From Candidatus Omnitrophota bacterium (GTDB lineage Bacteria > Omnitrophota > Gorgyraeia > Gygaellales > Profunditerraquicolaceae), in NCBI GenBank assembly GCA_028715785.1, contig JAQURC010000001.1, positions 76,766 to 140,765 of the forward strand: DNA of 64,000 nucleotides, given 5' to 3'. How positions within the stretch are numbered: the first letter of the stretch is position 1; the number at the start of each line of letters is the position of its first letter. A program made the translations under genes and the position numbers. The notes below the pieces were generated by a model. The model was not told the DNA's origin, did no database searches, and saw only the letters and a program-made list of their open reading frames with translations. Below, in pieces: positions 43,677-54,832 of this stretch.

Positions 43677-44932
43677 TGGAAAACAAGCATTATTCGGAAA
43701 ACAAGGCAATCGAAAAATTGCCGCTTCCTCAAAAGGTATACCTGCCTTTAATCCAGCATCTGGGAAAGATCTGTAACCCTGAAGTAAAAACCGGTGATAC
43801 GGTCAGGCTTGGGCAGAGGATTGCCGGTGTTGCATCCCATGTCTCTGCGCCGATCCATGCTTCGATATCGGGAAGGGTGACTGCTATACAGGATTGGCCG
43901 CACCCTGTTTTGGGCCGGGCCAAGGCGGTTGTGATCGAAGGGGACGGCAGGGATGATCATTTTCTATTCGGCCTGAAAGGCCAGCAGGAAATAGATAAGC
44001 TTACTGCGCAGGATATCCGCAAAATTGTTCTGGATGCCGGGATCGTGGGTATGGGCGGGGCAAGTTTCCCTACGCATATAAAACTTAATCCTCCGCAGCC
44101 GGTAGATGTTTTGATTATTAACGGCGCGGAGTGTGAGCCGTATTTAACCGCGGATGCCAGGCTAATGGTTGAGAAGACCGCGGAAATATCCTTAGGCATT
44201 ACTTTAGTCGCCAGGTGTTTAGGGGTGCAAAAAATTTATATCGGGATAGAGGAAAATAAGCCGGAAGCGATCAAGGCTTTCTCCAAAATTTCCGGTATCC
44301 AGGTTAAAGTTTTAAAATCGGAATATCCTCAGGGCGGAGAGAAGCAATTAATTCAAAATATATTAGGTAGGCAGATTCCCCGCGCTAAGCTGCCTTTTGA
44401 TATCGGCGTTGTGGTTCAAAACGTAGCTACAATTTATGCGATTTATGAAGCGGTTTATAAAGGCAAGCCTTTAATCGAACGGATCGTTACGGTTACCGGA
44501 AGCTGCGTGCAAAATCCCAAGAACCTGCTGGTGCGCTTAGGCGCGCCTATCAAGAATTTGATTGAATTTTGCGGGCCACTTAAGGAGGAGCCGGCAAAAA
44601 TTATTATCGGCGGGCCGATGATGGGCATTGCCCAATATGCGGATGAGGTGCCTATAATCAAATCCAGCGGCGGCCTGTTGCTGATGAATAAAAAAGAGGC
44701 TAGAGTTTTAGAGGAGGATCCTTGCATCCGCTGCGCGGCCTGCGTTCGCGGCTGCCCGGTAGGGTTAGAGCCTTGCCAGATTAATTTAGCTTCCGAGAAA
44801 ACCCTTTGGAGCTTAGCTAGAGAGTACGGCGCCCTTGATTGCATCGAATGCGGCATCTGTAATTTTGTTTGCCCTGCTAAACGCAGGTTATTGCAGACGA
44901 TTAAGAGGGCAAAGTTAGAGGTAACCAAATAA
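43664..44932 (+). CDS. rnfC: Rnf electron transport complex subunit C
   Basis: NADH/FMN-binding region plus two ferredoxin motifs, CIRCAACVRGCP and CIECGICNFVCP. Confidence 0.85.
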   Translation: MVRLVENKHYSENKAIEKLPLPQKVYLPLIQHLGKICNPEVKTGDTVRLGQRIAGVASHVSAPIHASISGRVTAIQDWPHPVLGRAKAVVIEGDGRDDHFLFGLKGQQEIDKLTAQDIRKIVLDAGIVGMGGASFPTHIKLNPPQPVDVLIINGAECEPYLTADARLMVEKTAEISLGITLVARCLGVQKIYIGIEENKPEAIKAFSKISGIQVKVLKSEYPQGGEKQLIQNILGRQIPRAKLPFDIGVVVQNVATIYAIYEAVYKGKPLIERIVTVTGSCVQNPKNLLVRLGAPIKNLIEFCGPLKEEPAKIIIGGPMMGIAQYADEVPIIKSSGGLLLMNKKEARVLEEDPCIRCAACVRGCPVGLEPCQINLASEKTLWSLAREYGALDCIECGICNFVCPAKRRLLQTIKRAKLEVTK

Positions 44933-44933
44933 G

Positions 44934-45464
44934 ATGAAAGAAATGTTCCGTTATGGTTTTATTCTGGCGCTTATTTGCACGATTGCTGCCGGCTTATTGG
45001 CCGCAGCTAACGCGCTTACCCGCCCTAAAATTTTTGCTCAAGCCCAATTAGAAGAGCGGGCAGGGCTTAAGGAGGTTATGCCGGCTGCAGCCGGGTTTAA
45101 GGCAGTTAAGCCGGAGGCGGATAAGGAAATATTGTATTATAAAGCATTCGATAGCCAGGATAAGTTAATCGGTTTTGTTTTTAAGGCCAGCGGAAAAGGT
45201 TATTCCAGCATGGTTGAAACTCTGGTGGGGGTCTTCCTCGATGATAAAATCAGCGCTATAAAAGTCATTTCTCAAAATGAGACCCCGGGTTTAGGGGTGC
45301 GCATAACCGAAAATAAATTTACCGGACAATTCAGTAACCGCAATAGCTTGGATTTATCCGGAGTGCAGGTAATCGCCGGGGCGACGATCTCCAGCCGCGC
45401 GATAATAAATTCCGTAATGAAAAAGGCGCGGGAAATAAAAGAGTTGATAAAAAATGAAAAATAA
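44934..45464 (+). CDS. rnfG: Rnf complex subunit G (FMN-binding)
   Basis: FMN_bind domain with SGATISS (covalent FMN Thr/Ser motif); N-terminal TM. Confidence 0.75.
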   Translation: MKEMFRYGFILALICTIAAGLLAAANALTRPKIFAQAQLEERAGLKEVMPAAAGFKAVKPEADKEILYYKAFDSQDKLIGFVFKASGKGYSSMVETLVGVFLDDKISAIKVISQNETPGLGVRITENKFTGQFSNRNSLDLSGVQVIAGATISSRAIINSVMKKAREIKELIKNEK

Positions 45465-46395
45465 CCTTATCGTTTCAGGCTCTCCGCATATTCACAAAGA
45501 AGAATCCATCTCCCGGATTATGTGGACAGTGGCAGCCAGCCTGGTTCCCGCCGGTATTGCCGGTGTGATTATCTTTGGGTTGGATGCCCTTTGGGTTACC
45601 TTGGTTGCGGTTATTGCCGCGGTGTTAACTGAACTGGTATTTGAAATATGGGGCAAAAAAAAGATTACGGCCTTAGACGGCTCGGCTGTAATTACCGGCA
45701 TAATATTAGCCTTTAATCTTCCGCCGAATGTGCCGCTGTGGCTGCCGATAGTCGGCGCGGTATTTTCGATTGCCATTGGCAAACAGGTTTTTGGCGGTAT
45801 CGGCCAGAATATTTTTAATCCGGCGTTAGTCGGCAGGGTTTTTCTGATGGCCTCTTGGCCAAAATACATGACTACTTTTGCCAAGCCGTTTAGCTGCGAT
45901 GCCGTAACCGGAGCCACTCCTCTGGCGCTGCTTAAAGAAGGCAAGCTGCTCGAACATATCTCGTATCTGGATTTGTTTTTGGGCAAGCGCGGCGGATGTA
46001 TCGGTGAAGTTTGCATTCTGGCATTATTGGTTGGGGCCGCGATACTTTTAATTAGGGGCTATATCACTTGGCATATACCGGCAACTTATATTTTTACTAC
46101 CGCCGCCTTTACCTATATTTTTGGAGCCCCGCAGCTTTTTGGCGGCGATTGGTTATTCCATATATTAAGCGGCGGATTGATCCTGGGGGCATTTTTTATG
46201 GCTACCGATTATGTGGCTACGCCTTTGACTGCCCGGGGTCAGTTGATTTTTGGCGTAGGGTGCGGCCTGCTTACGGCGATCATCCGGCTTTGGGGAGGGT
46301 ATCCTGAAGGGGCTTCCTACGCCATATTGATGATGAACGCGGCAACGCCATTTATTGACCGTTATACCAAAAACAGGATTTACGGGACAAGATGA
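45454..46395 (+). CDS. rnfD: Rnf complex subunit D
   Basis: NqrB/RnfD-family polytopic membrane protein with a GGIGQNIFNPAL motif. Confidence 0.8.
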   Translation: MKNNLIVSGSPHIHKEESISRIMWTVAASLVPAGIAGVIIFGLDALWVTLVAVIAAVLTELVFEIWGKKKITALDGSAVITGIILAFNLPPNVPLWLPIVGAVFSIAIGKQVFGGIGQNIFNPALVGRVFLMASWPKYMTTFAKPFSCDAVTGATPLALLKEGKLLEHISYLDLFLGKRGGCIGEVCILALLVGAAILLIRGYITWHIPATYIFTTAAFTYIFGAPQLFGGDWLFHILSGGLILGAFFMATDYVATPLTARGQLIFGVGCGLLTAIIRLWGGYPEGASYAILMMNAATPFIDRYTKNRIYGTR

Positions 46396-46985
46396 AAAAT
46401 TTCATTAAAGAATTTACTAAAGGCATAATCCGGGAGAATCCCACGTTTGTTCTGGTTTTGGGGTTATGTCCGACGCTGGCAGTATCCGTATCGGTAGTTA
46501 ACGGCATCGGCATGGGGATTGCCGCCACCTTCGTGCTTCTGGGCTCAAGTTTAATTGTTTCATTGGTCAGGGATTTTATTCCCGATAAGATCCGCATACC
46601 ATGTTATATCGTCATCATTGCTACCTTCGTTACCATCGCCGAATTATGCATGAAGGCTTACAGCCCGGTATTGGACCGGGCCTTGGGTATTTATGTCCCG
46701 CTGATCGTGGTTAACTGCATAGTTTTAGGCCGGGCGGAGGCATTTGCCTGCAAGAACAATTTCAGGAGCTCATTCTGCGACGGTTTAGGTATGGGGGTAG
46801 GTTTTACTTTGGCGCTCATTCTTATTTCGGCGATCCGGGAATTTTTGGGCTCAGGCCGGATATTAGGGCATACTCTGATCAAGGGGTTTGAGCCGGTATT
46901 TGTTTTTGGCATGCCTTCAGGGGCTCTTTTAGTCATTGGTTTATTGCTGGGATTCTTTAACCTTTTAAAGAATAGGAAAACATGA
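46392..46985 (+). CDS. rnfE: Rnf complex subunit E
   Basis: NqrD/RnfE family; LGLCPTLAV motif. Confidence 0.8.
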   Translation: MKNFIKEFTKGIIRENPTFVLVLGLCPTLAVSVSVVNGIGMGIAATFVLLGSSLIVSLVRDFIPDKIRIPCYIVIIATFVTIAELCMKAYSPVLDRALGIYVPLIVVNCIVLGRAEAFACKNNFRSSFCDGLGMGVGFTLALILISAIREFLGSGRILGHTLIKGFEPVFVFGMPSGALLVIGLLLGFFNLLKNRKT

Positions 46986-47590
46986 ACCTTCAGGAATTTC
47001 TGACCATATTTATTTCCGCGGTATTTATTTATAATGTTATCCTTTCGCGTTTCTTGGGGCTGTGCTCTTTTATCGCCATCTCTAAAGAGACTAGGCCTGC
47101 GCTGGCGATGAGCTCGGCGGTAATGTTCGTTATTGTGATGTCCTCTGCGATTACCTGGTTTGTTTACCGTTTTCTGCTTATACCGTTTAATCTTACTTAC
47201 CTGCGCACCATTTCATTTATTTTAGTCATTGCCGCTTTTGTGCAGTTTGTGGAGATGGTGATTAGAAAGGTCAGTCCGCAGCTTTACCGGGCATTCGGAA
47301 TTTATCTGCCTTTGATTACCGTAAACTGCGCGGTATTAGGCGTGGCAGTATTAAATATCGATATGTTTTTTATGAATGGTAAGGCAGTGGCGGGGAGTTT
47401 TTATTATTCTGTTTTTCAGGGAGTGTGTGTGGGTTTAGGGTATACTTTGGCGATGCTTTTAATGTCCGGGATAAGGGAGAGGCTGGAGCTTTGCAATATT
47501 CCCAGGTCCTTAAAGGATTTTCCCCTGGCTTTTATCATCGCTTCGATTTTAAGTTTAAGTTTTATGGGTTTTAGCGGGTTCAAATTTTAA
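46982..47590 (+). CDS. rnfA: Rnf complex subunit A
   Basis: NqrE/RnfA family; paralog of RnfE with an FLGLC motif. Confidence 0.8.
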   Translation: MNLQEFLTIFISAVFIYNVILSRFLGLCSFIAISKETRPALAMSSAVMFVIVMSSAITWFVYRFLLIPFNLTYLRTISFILVIAAFVQFVEMVIRKVSPQLYRAFGIYLPLITVNCAVLGVAVLNIDMFFMNGKAVAGSFYYSVFQGVCVGLGYTLAMLLMSGIRERLELCNIPRSLKDFPLAFIIASILSLSFMGFSGFKF

Positions 47591-47591
47591 G

Positions 47592-48383
47592 ATGATGGAA
47601 ATCTTGATTGCCATATTGGTTTTAGGTTCTCTGGGGCTGTTGTTTGGCATAGGCCTGGCGATTGCCTCAAAGAAATTAGCGGTCCAGGTAAATCCAAAAC
47701 TGGAAGAAATAAGCCGTCTGTTGCCCGGGGCAAATTGCGGGGCATGCGGAAATCCCGGATGTTTTGGTTTTGCCGAAAACCTGATTGCGGGCAAAACTAC
47801 TTTAGAAAAATGCCGGGTCTGCAATGAAGAGGTAAAAGAAAGGATTGCCAAGATCCTGGGGTTGACTATTGAGAAACAAACTAAAAAGATCGCCACTTTG
47901 CATTGTAACGGCGGCATAAGAGTTAAGGATAAATATGTGTATGATGGCGTCGATGATTGTATTGCCGCAAACCTGGTTTTAGGCGGGCAGAAGGCCTGCG
48001 TCTATGCCTGTCTTGGTTTTGGCACCTGCGCCAAGGCTTGCCCGTTTGGGGCCATTACAATGTCAGCCGAAAAGCTGCCGGTAGTGGATAAAGTCAAGTG
48101 CCGCTCTTGCAATAAATGCGTATTGGCCTGCCCAAAGAAATTATTTTCGCTGGTATCCGTAACTTATCCTGTTTATGTGGCCTGCAGCTCGCATGATTTA
48201 GGCAGGGATGTGAAGATCGTTTGCCCTGTGGGCTGTATCGCCTGTAAATTATGCGAGAAGACCTGCAGGTTCGATGCCATACATGTCATCGATAACCTGG
48301 CGGTCATCGATTACCACAAATGCACTTCCTGCAAAGAGTGCGTTGCGGTTTGCCCCACTAAAACCATAAGGATAAGAGAATGA
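47592..48383 (+). CDS. rnfB: Rnf complex subunit B (polyferredoxin)
   Basis: N-terminal TM, a CGACGNPGC motif and several 4Fe-4S CxxCxxCxxxCP motifs. Confidence 0.8.
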   Translation: MMEILIAILVLGSLGLLFGIGLAIASKKLAVQVNPKLEEISRLLPGANCGACGNPGCFGFAENLIAGKTTLEKCRVCNEEVKERIAKILGLTIEKQTKKIATLHCNGGIRVKDKYVYDGVDDCIAANLVLGGQKACVYACLGFGTCAKACPFGAITMSAEKLPVVDKVKCRSCNKCVLACPKKLFSLVSVTYPVYVACSSHDLGRDVKIVCPVGCIACKLCEKTCRFDAIHVIDNLAVIDYHKCTSCKECVAVCPTKTIRIRE

Positions 48384-48994
48384 GTAAGACAGGGGTAAAT
48401 TTAGCGGTATTTGCCTCTGGTTTCGGGAGTAATTTTTCGGCAATCGTTAAAGCGGTAAAACAGAATAAGATTAAAGCCAAGTCGGTAATTCTGGTTTGCG
48501 ATAAACCCGGGGCTTTGGTAATTAAGCGGGCGCAAAAAGCTAAAATCCGGGTAATTCTGATCAGGCGCGAAGATTTTACCAGCCGCGCTGATTTTGAGGA
48601 AGCGATAATCCAAAGATTAAGAAACTATAAGATAAATTTAATTGCTTTAGCCGGATTTATGCGCATACTCAGCGCCTCTTTTGTAAAGCTTTACCGCAAC
48701 CGCATCATGAATATCCACCCGTCGCTGCTCCCGGATTTTAAGGGGGCTTGCGCGATCAAAGACGCTTTTAATCATCAAGCGGCCTCAACCGGGGTTACGG
48801 TGCATTTTGTTGATGAAGAAGTGGACAGCGGGCCGATTATTCTGCAGCAGGAAGTAGCGATAACCAAAAAGGATACTTTGGTTTCACTTGAGAAGAAAAT
48901 CCATTCCGTAGAGCATAAGCTTTATCCTGAGGCAATCAGATTATTTATTAGCGGTAAATTAAGATTAAAAGACGGCAGGGTTTGCCGGAGTTAA
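48380..48994 (+). CDS. purN: Phosphoribosylglycinamide formyltransferase
   Basis: LAVFASGFGSNFSAI and HPSLLP motifs. Confidence 0.85.
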   Translation: MSKTGVNLAVFASGFGSNFSAIVKAVKQNKIKAKSVILVCDKPGALVIKRAQKAKIRVILIRREDFTSRADFEEAIIQRLRNYKINLIALAGFMRILSASFVKLYRNRIMNIHPSLLPDFKGACAIKDAFNHQAASTGVTVHFVDEEVDSGPIILQQEVAITKKDTLVSLEKKIHSVEHKLYPEAIRLFISGKLRLKDGRVCRS

Positions 48995-49001
48995 GCAGGG
49001 T

Positions 49002-49889
49002 TCACTCTTTAGAATTGGCAAATACTGCTTTTTGGTTAAGGATAGCTTTTGCCCCGGTTGCCAAATTCGTTATTTCCGCGAGGTTAAAATCCTTAAATCC
49101 ATAGGCATCCAGAGTATAGGCGATTATTTTTAAAACTTCTTTATCGATATCCGCGTTTTTTTCGACTTCCGGTTTCTGGAATTTTAATTTTATCCGGCCC
49201 TGGATCTGATCGGCGATAAATTCTTCCAAGGTTATATCCCGGTAATCCAGGTGGTTACCTCCCTTATCGCCGATAATTTGCGCTGAAATCGCCGTGTCCT
49301 GGATAATGCGGTGCTGGTATTCGCTCTGGGAGATCAGCCCGTAGGACAGTTTCTTTAAATCCATCAAATGAAAAACCTGTTTTATCTCTAAACCGTTCTT
49401 GATATCCGAAGTAACTATGCAGAAAAATATAGGTTTGTCCTTTTTCGAGTTATCCATGCTAAAAAGCACCCTGCGGATAACCTGCAGCACATTAAAGATC
49501 TTTTCATTAACGGATTTGTCTATTGCTACCTCCTGCTGTCTTTCCTTCTCCGCAGTAGGCTTAACAAGATAATTGACTTTTAAAACCTTTTCACCAAGAG
49601 AGTTCTTTTGGTCTTCCAGTAAGAACCTTTCGATGTACTTCTGCGGCTGGGCAGGTTTAGAAATTATATTTTCAAGCGGCAGATATACCCAAAGAGTACT
49701 GCCGGCCAGCCGGGTTGAGAGGTCAAGCTTGTATTCTTTTTTAGAGATATCTTTGACTGCCTGGGTTATGTCTTCTTTTAAAAATGACGGGCTGACTGAA
49801 GAGTTACAGGCGGATAAGAATAAGACCAGGGGAAGGATTTTAAGGCCGGTTTTTACCAAACTCTTTGAAAATAGCTTCGATTTCATCAT
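49002..49889 (-). CDS. Lipoprotein, unknown function
   Basis: Signal peptide with lipobox LSAC. Start overlaps the end of the FtsH-like gene on the same strand. Confidence 0.5.
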   Translation of the reverse strand: MMKSKLFSKSLVKTGLKILPLVLFLSACNSSVSPSFLKEDITQAVKDISKKEYKLDLSTRLAGSTLWVYLPLENIISKPAQPQKYIERFLLEDQKNSLGEKVLKVNYLVKPTAEKERQQEVAIDKSVNEKIFNVLQVIRRVLFSMDNSKKDKPIFFCIVTSDIKNGLEIKQVFHLMDLKKLSYGLISQSEYQHRIIQDTAISAQIIGDKGGNHLDYRDITLEEFIADQIQGRIKLKFQKPEVEKNADIDKEVLKIIAYTLDAYGFKDFNLAEITNLATGAKAILNQKAVFANSKE

Positions 49890-51489
49890 AGTTAAGTTCG
49901 TCTTTTGCTACCAGTTCTTTGGCCAGGGCGTCCATGAGGGGCTCTTCTTTTTTAAGCAGCTTGGTTACTTCTTCAAGGCAGGTATTTAATATATCCTGGA
50001 CATCGGCATCGAGCTTGGCTTTGATATCTTCGGATATTTTATCGACAATCTCCCAGTTGCCCAAAAGCCCGCTTTTGCCCATACCGCAAACCCAGACCAT
50101 ATTGTGGGCATGGTGCATGGCGCTGGAGAAATCTCCGTATACGCCGCTGGTTGTGGCGTTATATTTAATTTTTTCGGCAGCGTATGAACCAAGGCTGATT
50201 TTTATTTTAGCCAGCAGGTCATTGGAATCTTCGATGAAAATATCTTCTCTCTCCGGGATCCAGGTTGCCCCGCCGGTTGGCCCGCGCGGAGTAATGGTAA
50301 TTTTAAAGACATCTTTAGAAGGAGCAAGTATATAGGTGACGATGGCATGTCCTGCTTCATGATAGGCAGTCTGCCATTTTTCTTTTTCGCTTAACCTGAC
50401 CCGGCGTTTTATGCCCAAAGCGATCCTTTCCCGCGCTTCATCGATCTCTTTCATCGAAACCAATGGATTTTGATTGCGCACGGTAATTAAGGCGGCTTCA
50501 TGCACGATATTGGCAATATCTGCCGGGGTTTGGCCCACGGTAATGCGCGCCAGACGGTCGATCTTTACATCCTGGGCGTCATATTTTATGTTCCTTAAGT
50601 AATAGGCAAAGAGTTTGGCGCGGTCCTCAAGGTTCGGTTTGTCCACGATGATCTTGCGGTCAAACCTGCCTGGCCTAAGCAGCGCTTGGTCAAGGTAGGT
50701 TTCCAGGGCGTTGGTAGCGCCGATTAAAATAATATTATAATCTTTGTCTTTTAAGCCGTCCATTTCCACCAGTAACTGGTTTAAAGTAGTATTATGTTCG
50801 GTGGTCCCGCCAAAGCCGCGGTCCATAGAGCGTTGCGCGCCGATAGCATCGATTTCATCGATAAAGATGATACAGCCGCCTTCAAGTTCGGCCAGCTGCT
50901 GGGCCCTTTTAAAAAGAGAGCGCACGCGCCCGGCGCCTACGCCGACAAACATCTCCACAAATTCCGAACCGGACATGGAAATAAAAGGAAGTTTGGTTTC
51001 CGTGGCGATTGCCTTGGCCAGGTAAGTTTTTCCGCAGCCCGGCGGCCCCAGCATAAGGATGCCTTTTAGGATTTTTCCTCCGATACGCTGGAGGCTGACG
51101 CGGTCGGTGATCAGCTTAACCACTTCCAGGGCTTCTTGTTTGGCTTCATCCATTCCGATAACATCATTCCAGGTAATCCCGATATTGGCTCCGGCAACGG
51201 ATTTTTTACTGGTTTGGGAAAATGAAGAAGCCCCGCGTTTAAAATAGAGCCAATACATTAAATACGTGTAAACAAAACCGAAGATCAGGGCCATGATAAT
51301 CTGCAGGTATAACTGCAGGGGGATCATTGCCAGTTGTGATTGCCTAAGATAAGATTCAGATTCATTCCAGGCGCGCATCCCGATAAAGACAAGGATAACC
51401 AAAGATATGGTCAGGGCGGCCAGGAAAACAAAAAGGAGGGCCTTTAACCAGTGCAGCTTTACGTAGAATCTAAGTTTCTTCCAGTTCAT
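49840..51489 (-). CDS. FtsH-family AAA+ Zn-metalloprotease, short N-terminal form lacking the periplasmic domain
   Basis: Two closely spaced TM helices; Walker A GPPGCGKT; SRH; HEAGHAIV zinc-binding motif. Confidence 0.8.
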   Translation of the reverse strand: MNWKKLRFYVKLHWLKALLFVFLAALTISLVILVFIGMRAWNESESYLRQSQLAMIPLQLYLQIIMALIFGFVYTYLMYWLYFKRGASSFSQTSKKSVAGANIGITWNDVIGMDEAKQEALEVVKLITDRVSLQRIGGKILKGILMLGPPGCGKTYLAKAIATETKLPFISMSGSEFVEMFVGVGAGRVRSLFKRAQQLAELEGGCIIFIDEIDAIGAQRSMDRGFGGTTEHNTTLNQLLVEMDGLKDKDYNIILIGATNALETYLDQALLRPGRFDRKIIVDKPNLEDRAKLFAYYLRNIKYDAQDVKIDRLARITVGQTPADIANIVHEAALITVRNQNPLVSMKEIDEARERIALGIKRRVRLSEKEKWQTAYHEAGHAIVTYILAPSKDVFKITITPRGPTGGATWIPEREDIFIEDSNDLLAKIKISLGSYAAEKIKYNATTSGVYGDFSSAMHHAHNMVWVCGMGKSGLLGNWEIVDKISEDIKAKLDADVQDILNTCLEEVTKLLKKEEPLMDALAKELVAKDELNYDEIEAIFKEFGKNRP

Positions 51490-51572
51490 AATCTTCCTCT
51501 GCCTGTTTGCCGACGGTTAGCCATGCCGGGATTTTTTAAGACGAACACTTAAAAAATAACATATCCGCTACC

Positions 51573-51617
51573 TTAAGTCAAACCTTTTCTTGACTTAAGA
51601 GTTTTTGAAGGTATAAT
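51573..51617 (+). promoter_or_regulatory. eno promoter with a 9-bp perfect inverted repeat overlapping the -35
   Basis: TTAAGTCAA-N8-TTGACTTAA; TTGACT 51590-95, 16 nt, TATAAT 51612-17. Confidence 0.5.
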
Positions 51618-51653
51618 TATTAAGTTGTCAAATTTTCTAAAACTTATTATTAG

Positions 51654-52931
<1,278 letters not shown>

Positions 52932-53213
52932 ATGCTTTCTACGCTGAGAAAGTCATTCTGGCTTTTTGGGTTTACAGTTTTGCTCCTGGTTTTATTCCTG
53001 CCGGGTTATACAAAGCTGCAGGAATCAAGGATCAAGAATCGCAAGCTGGAAGAGAATTTCCGTAAGATGGCAGTTGATAATTACCTCTTGCAGGAAGAGC
53101 TCAAGCGGATTGAAAATGATCCGGTTTATCAGGAGAAGATCGCCCGGGACAAGATGGGTGTGGTAAGAAAAGGGGAGATCCCGATTAAGATCTTCTCCGA
53201 GAAGAAAAGATAA
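52932..53213 (+). CDS. ftsB: Septum formation initiator FtsB/DivIC-like
   Basis: N-terminal TM, coiled coil, and a PVYQEKIARDKMGVVRKGE C-terminal motif. Confidence 0.7.
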   Translation: MLSTLRKSFWLFGFTVLLLVLFLPGYTKLQESRIKNRKLEENFRKMAVDNYLLQEELKRIENDPVYQEKIARDKMGVVRKGEIPIKIFSEKKR

Positions 53214-53269
53214 AGTTTCGCTTTTTTAAAGCGATCAATGGTATAATATAGTTGTTCTTTAAAAAGTTT

Positions 53270-53346
53270 CGCGGGGTGGAGCAGCCTGGTAGCTCGCAAG
53301 GCTCATAACCTTGAGGTCATGCGTTCAAATCGCATCCCCGCAACCA
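53270..53346 (+). tRNA. Initiator tRNA-fMet (CAT), CCA encoded
   Basis: CGCGGGGTGGAGCAGCCTGGTAGCTCG is identical to the 5' half of E. coli tRNA-fMet; C1:A72 mismatch; anticodon loop CTCATAA; ends CAACCA. Confidence 0.85.
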
Positions 53347-53350
53347 ACTA

Positions 53351-53378
53351 AACCCGCTTTAAAAGGCGGGTTTTTTTG
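53351..53378 (+). terminator. Rho-independent terminator after tRNA-fMet
   Basis: ACCCGC...GGCGGG hairpin plus TTTTTTT. Confidence 0.6.
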
Positions 53379-53416
53379 TTATTAATTTTTTAATTAAGAT
53401 GATATAATTAAAACCC

Positions 53417-54271
53417 ATGAGCCCGCAGAGAGTCTTAAAAACAAAAATCGGGGAGATGTTAATCGAGCGCGGATTAATATCCAAAGAGCAGCTGGATGCA
53501 GCGCTGGCGCAGCAGAGAGAAAAAGGCGGCTACATCAGCCAGCATCTTATATCCTTAGGTTTTGTAAGTGAAATACATATAGCCGAATGTCTTGCCAGCC
53601 AATATGGCTTTGCATATTTACCTTTAGACAGGTATCAAATAACCCCTCAAACGTTAAAAACTATACCATTTAAATTAATTAATATTTATTCCCTCCTCCC
53701 TGTAGAGAAGGGAAGGAATTCTTTAGATGTAGTTATGGCCGATCCTTTGAATGAAGGCGTTATCGATATGCTTAAACATATTACCGGCTGCGATATCGAA
53801 GTTTTTATCAGCACATACAGCCAGATAAGGCAGGCAATAGATATTTATTTTCCCGTTGAAATACAAGAAGCCAGCCTCGGTAAACTTGATGCGGCGGAAT
53901 TGGTTAAAGAGGATATGCTTGAATCGTTCATCCAGGTCAAGGATTACGGCGGCAGGGAAAAGAGGAGATATAAAAGGAAGGATGTGGATTTGGATATGGT
54001 CTATTTCCTGCAAAACAAAAGTTATAAGGCAAGAATAAAAAATATCAGCTACGGCGGGCTTTTATTTATCTCTGAATTGTTTATCCCTATAGAAAAAAAT
54101 ATATATACCAATATCGTGTGCAAAATCCTTACGCAGGACGTGGATATCAACGCGGTAGTCCAGGTGATCAGGGTGGAAAAGACAGGAGAAACCCAGTATA
54201 GCATCGCGGGCTTTTTTAATTTTATCACCGATGACGACAGGAAAAAGATCACATTATTGCTGCAGCATTAA
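53417..54271 (+). CDS. T2SSE_N/MshEN-like N-terminal domain fused to a C-terminal PilZ domain (c-di-GMP-binding protein)
   Basis: N-terminal LIERGLISKEQLDAALAQQ...LIPFKLIN pattern of GSPII_E_N/MshEN. C-terminal RRYKRKDV...NISYGGL PilZ motifs. Confidence 0.6.
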   Translation: MSPQRVLKTKIGEMLIERGLISKEQLDAALAQQREKGGYISQHLISLGFVSEIHIAECLASQYGFAYLPLDRYQITPQTLKTIPFKLINIYSLLPVEKGRNSLDVVMADPLNEGVIDMLKHITGCDIEVFISTYSQIRQAIDIYFPVEIQEASLGKLDAAELVKEDMLESFIQVKDYGGREKRRYKRKDVDLDMVYFLQNKSYKARIKNISYGGLLFISELFIPIEKNIYTNIVCKILTQDVDINAVVQVIRVEKTGETQYSIAGFFNFITDDDRKKITLLLQH

Positions 54272-54372
54272 ATAAACATTCTTTTACTATCTTTTGATAT
54301 TAGTGATATAATTTGGGTAAAGTTATCAGGGCTTTTTATGGAGTTAACAGGAGACCGGAGGGGCCCCCTGAG

Positions 54373-54786
54373 ATGATTAACAGAAGAAATTATGTGCGCT
54401 ATATTATGGAGGTAAAGGTATCTATCAAGACCGAAGGAGATGCTCCCAAAACCATGGTCGGAGAGGTATTGGATCTTAGTTCTATAGGATGGGGGGCTAT
54501 TTTTAAAGAAAATATTGCCATAAATACCATTATTCAGTTTGATTTAACCTCAAATTTTTTGGATGGGCATCTGGAAGGCAAGGCTAAAATCGTCCACGTG
54601 AGCCAGCAGAGAGAATCCGGCGGTAAAGGTTTCAGGATAGGCGTGGAATTTATCCAAGCCGATAAAGGGATTGTTTCCAGATTTATCAGCGAGAAACAAA
54701 GGATAGCCCGGCAGGAGCAAATAAGGGTTCTGGAGGCAGAAAGAAAAAAGCAGCAATCGCAAGGTTCAGATATCGGGCCTTTCTAG
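54373..54786 (+). CDS. Stand-alone PilZ domain protein
   Basis: RRNYVRY...DLSSIGWGA (RxxxR / D-x-S-x-GG). GGAGG RBS. The track start 54313 lies inside the -10 region TATAAT. Confidence 0.6.
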   Translation: MINRRNYVRYIMEVKVSIKTEGDAPKTMVGEVLDLSSIGWGAIFKENIAINTIIQFDLTSNFLDGHLEGKAKIVHVSQQRESGGKGFRIGVEFIQADKGIVSRFISEKQRIARQEQIRVLEAERKKQQSQGSDIGPF

Positions 54787-54832
54787 CTGCAGGCAGCATA
54801 TAAATAAAAGAATCGCTTAGCAGGGATGGAAG

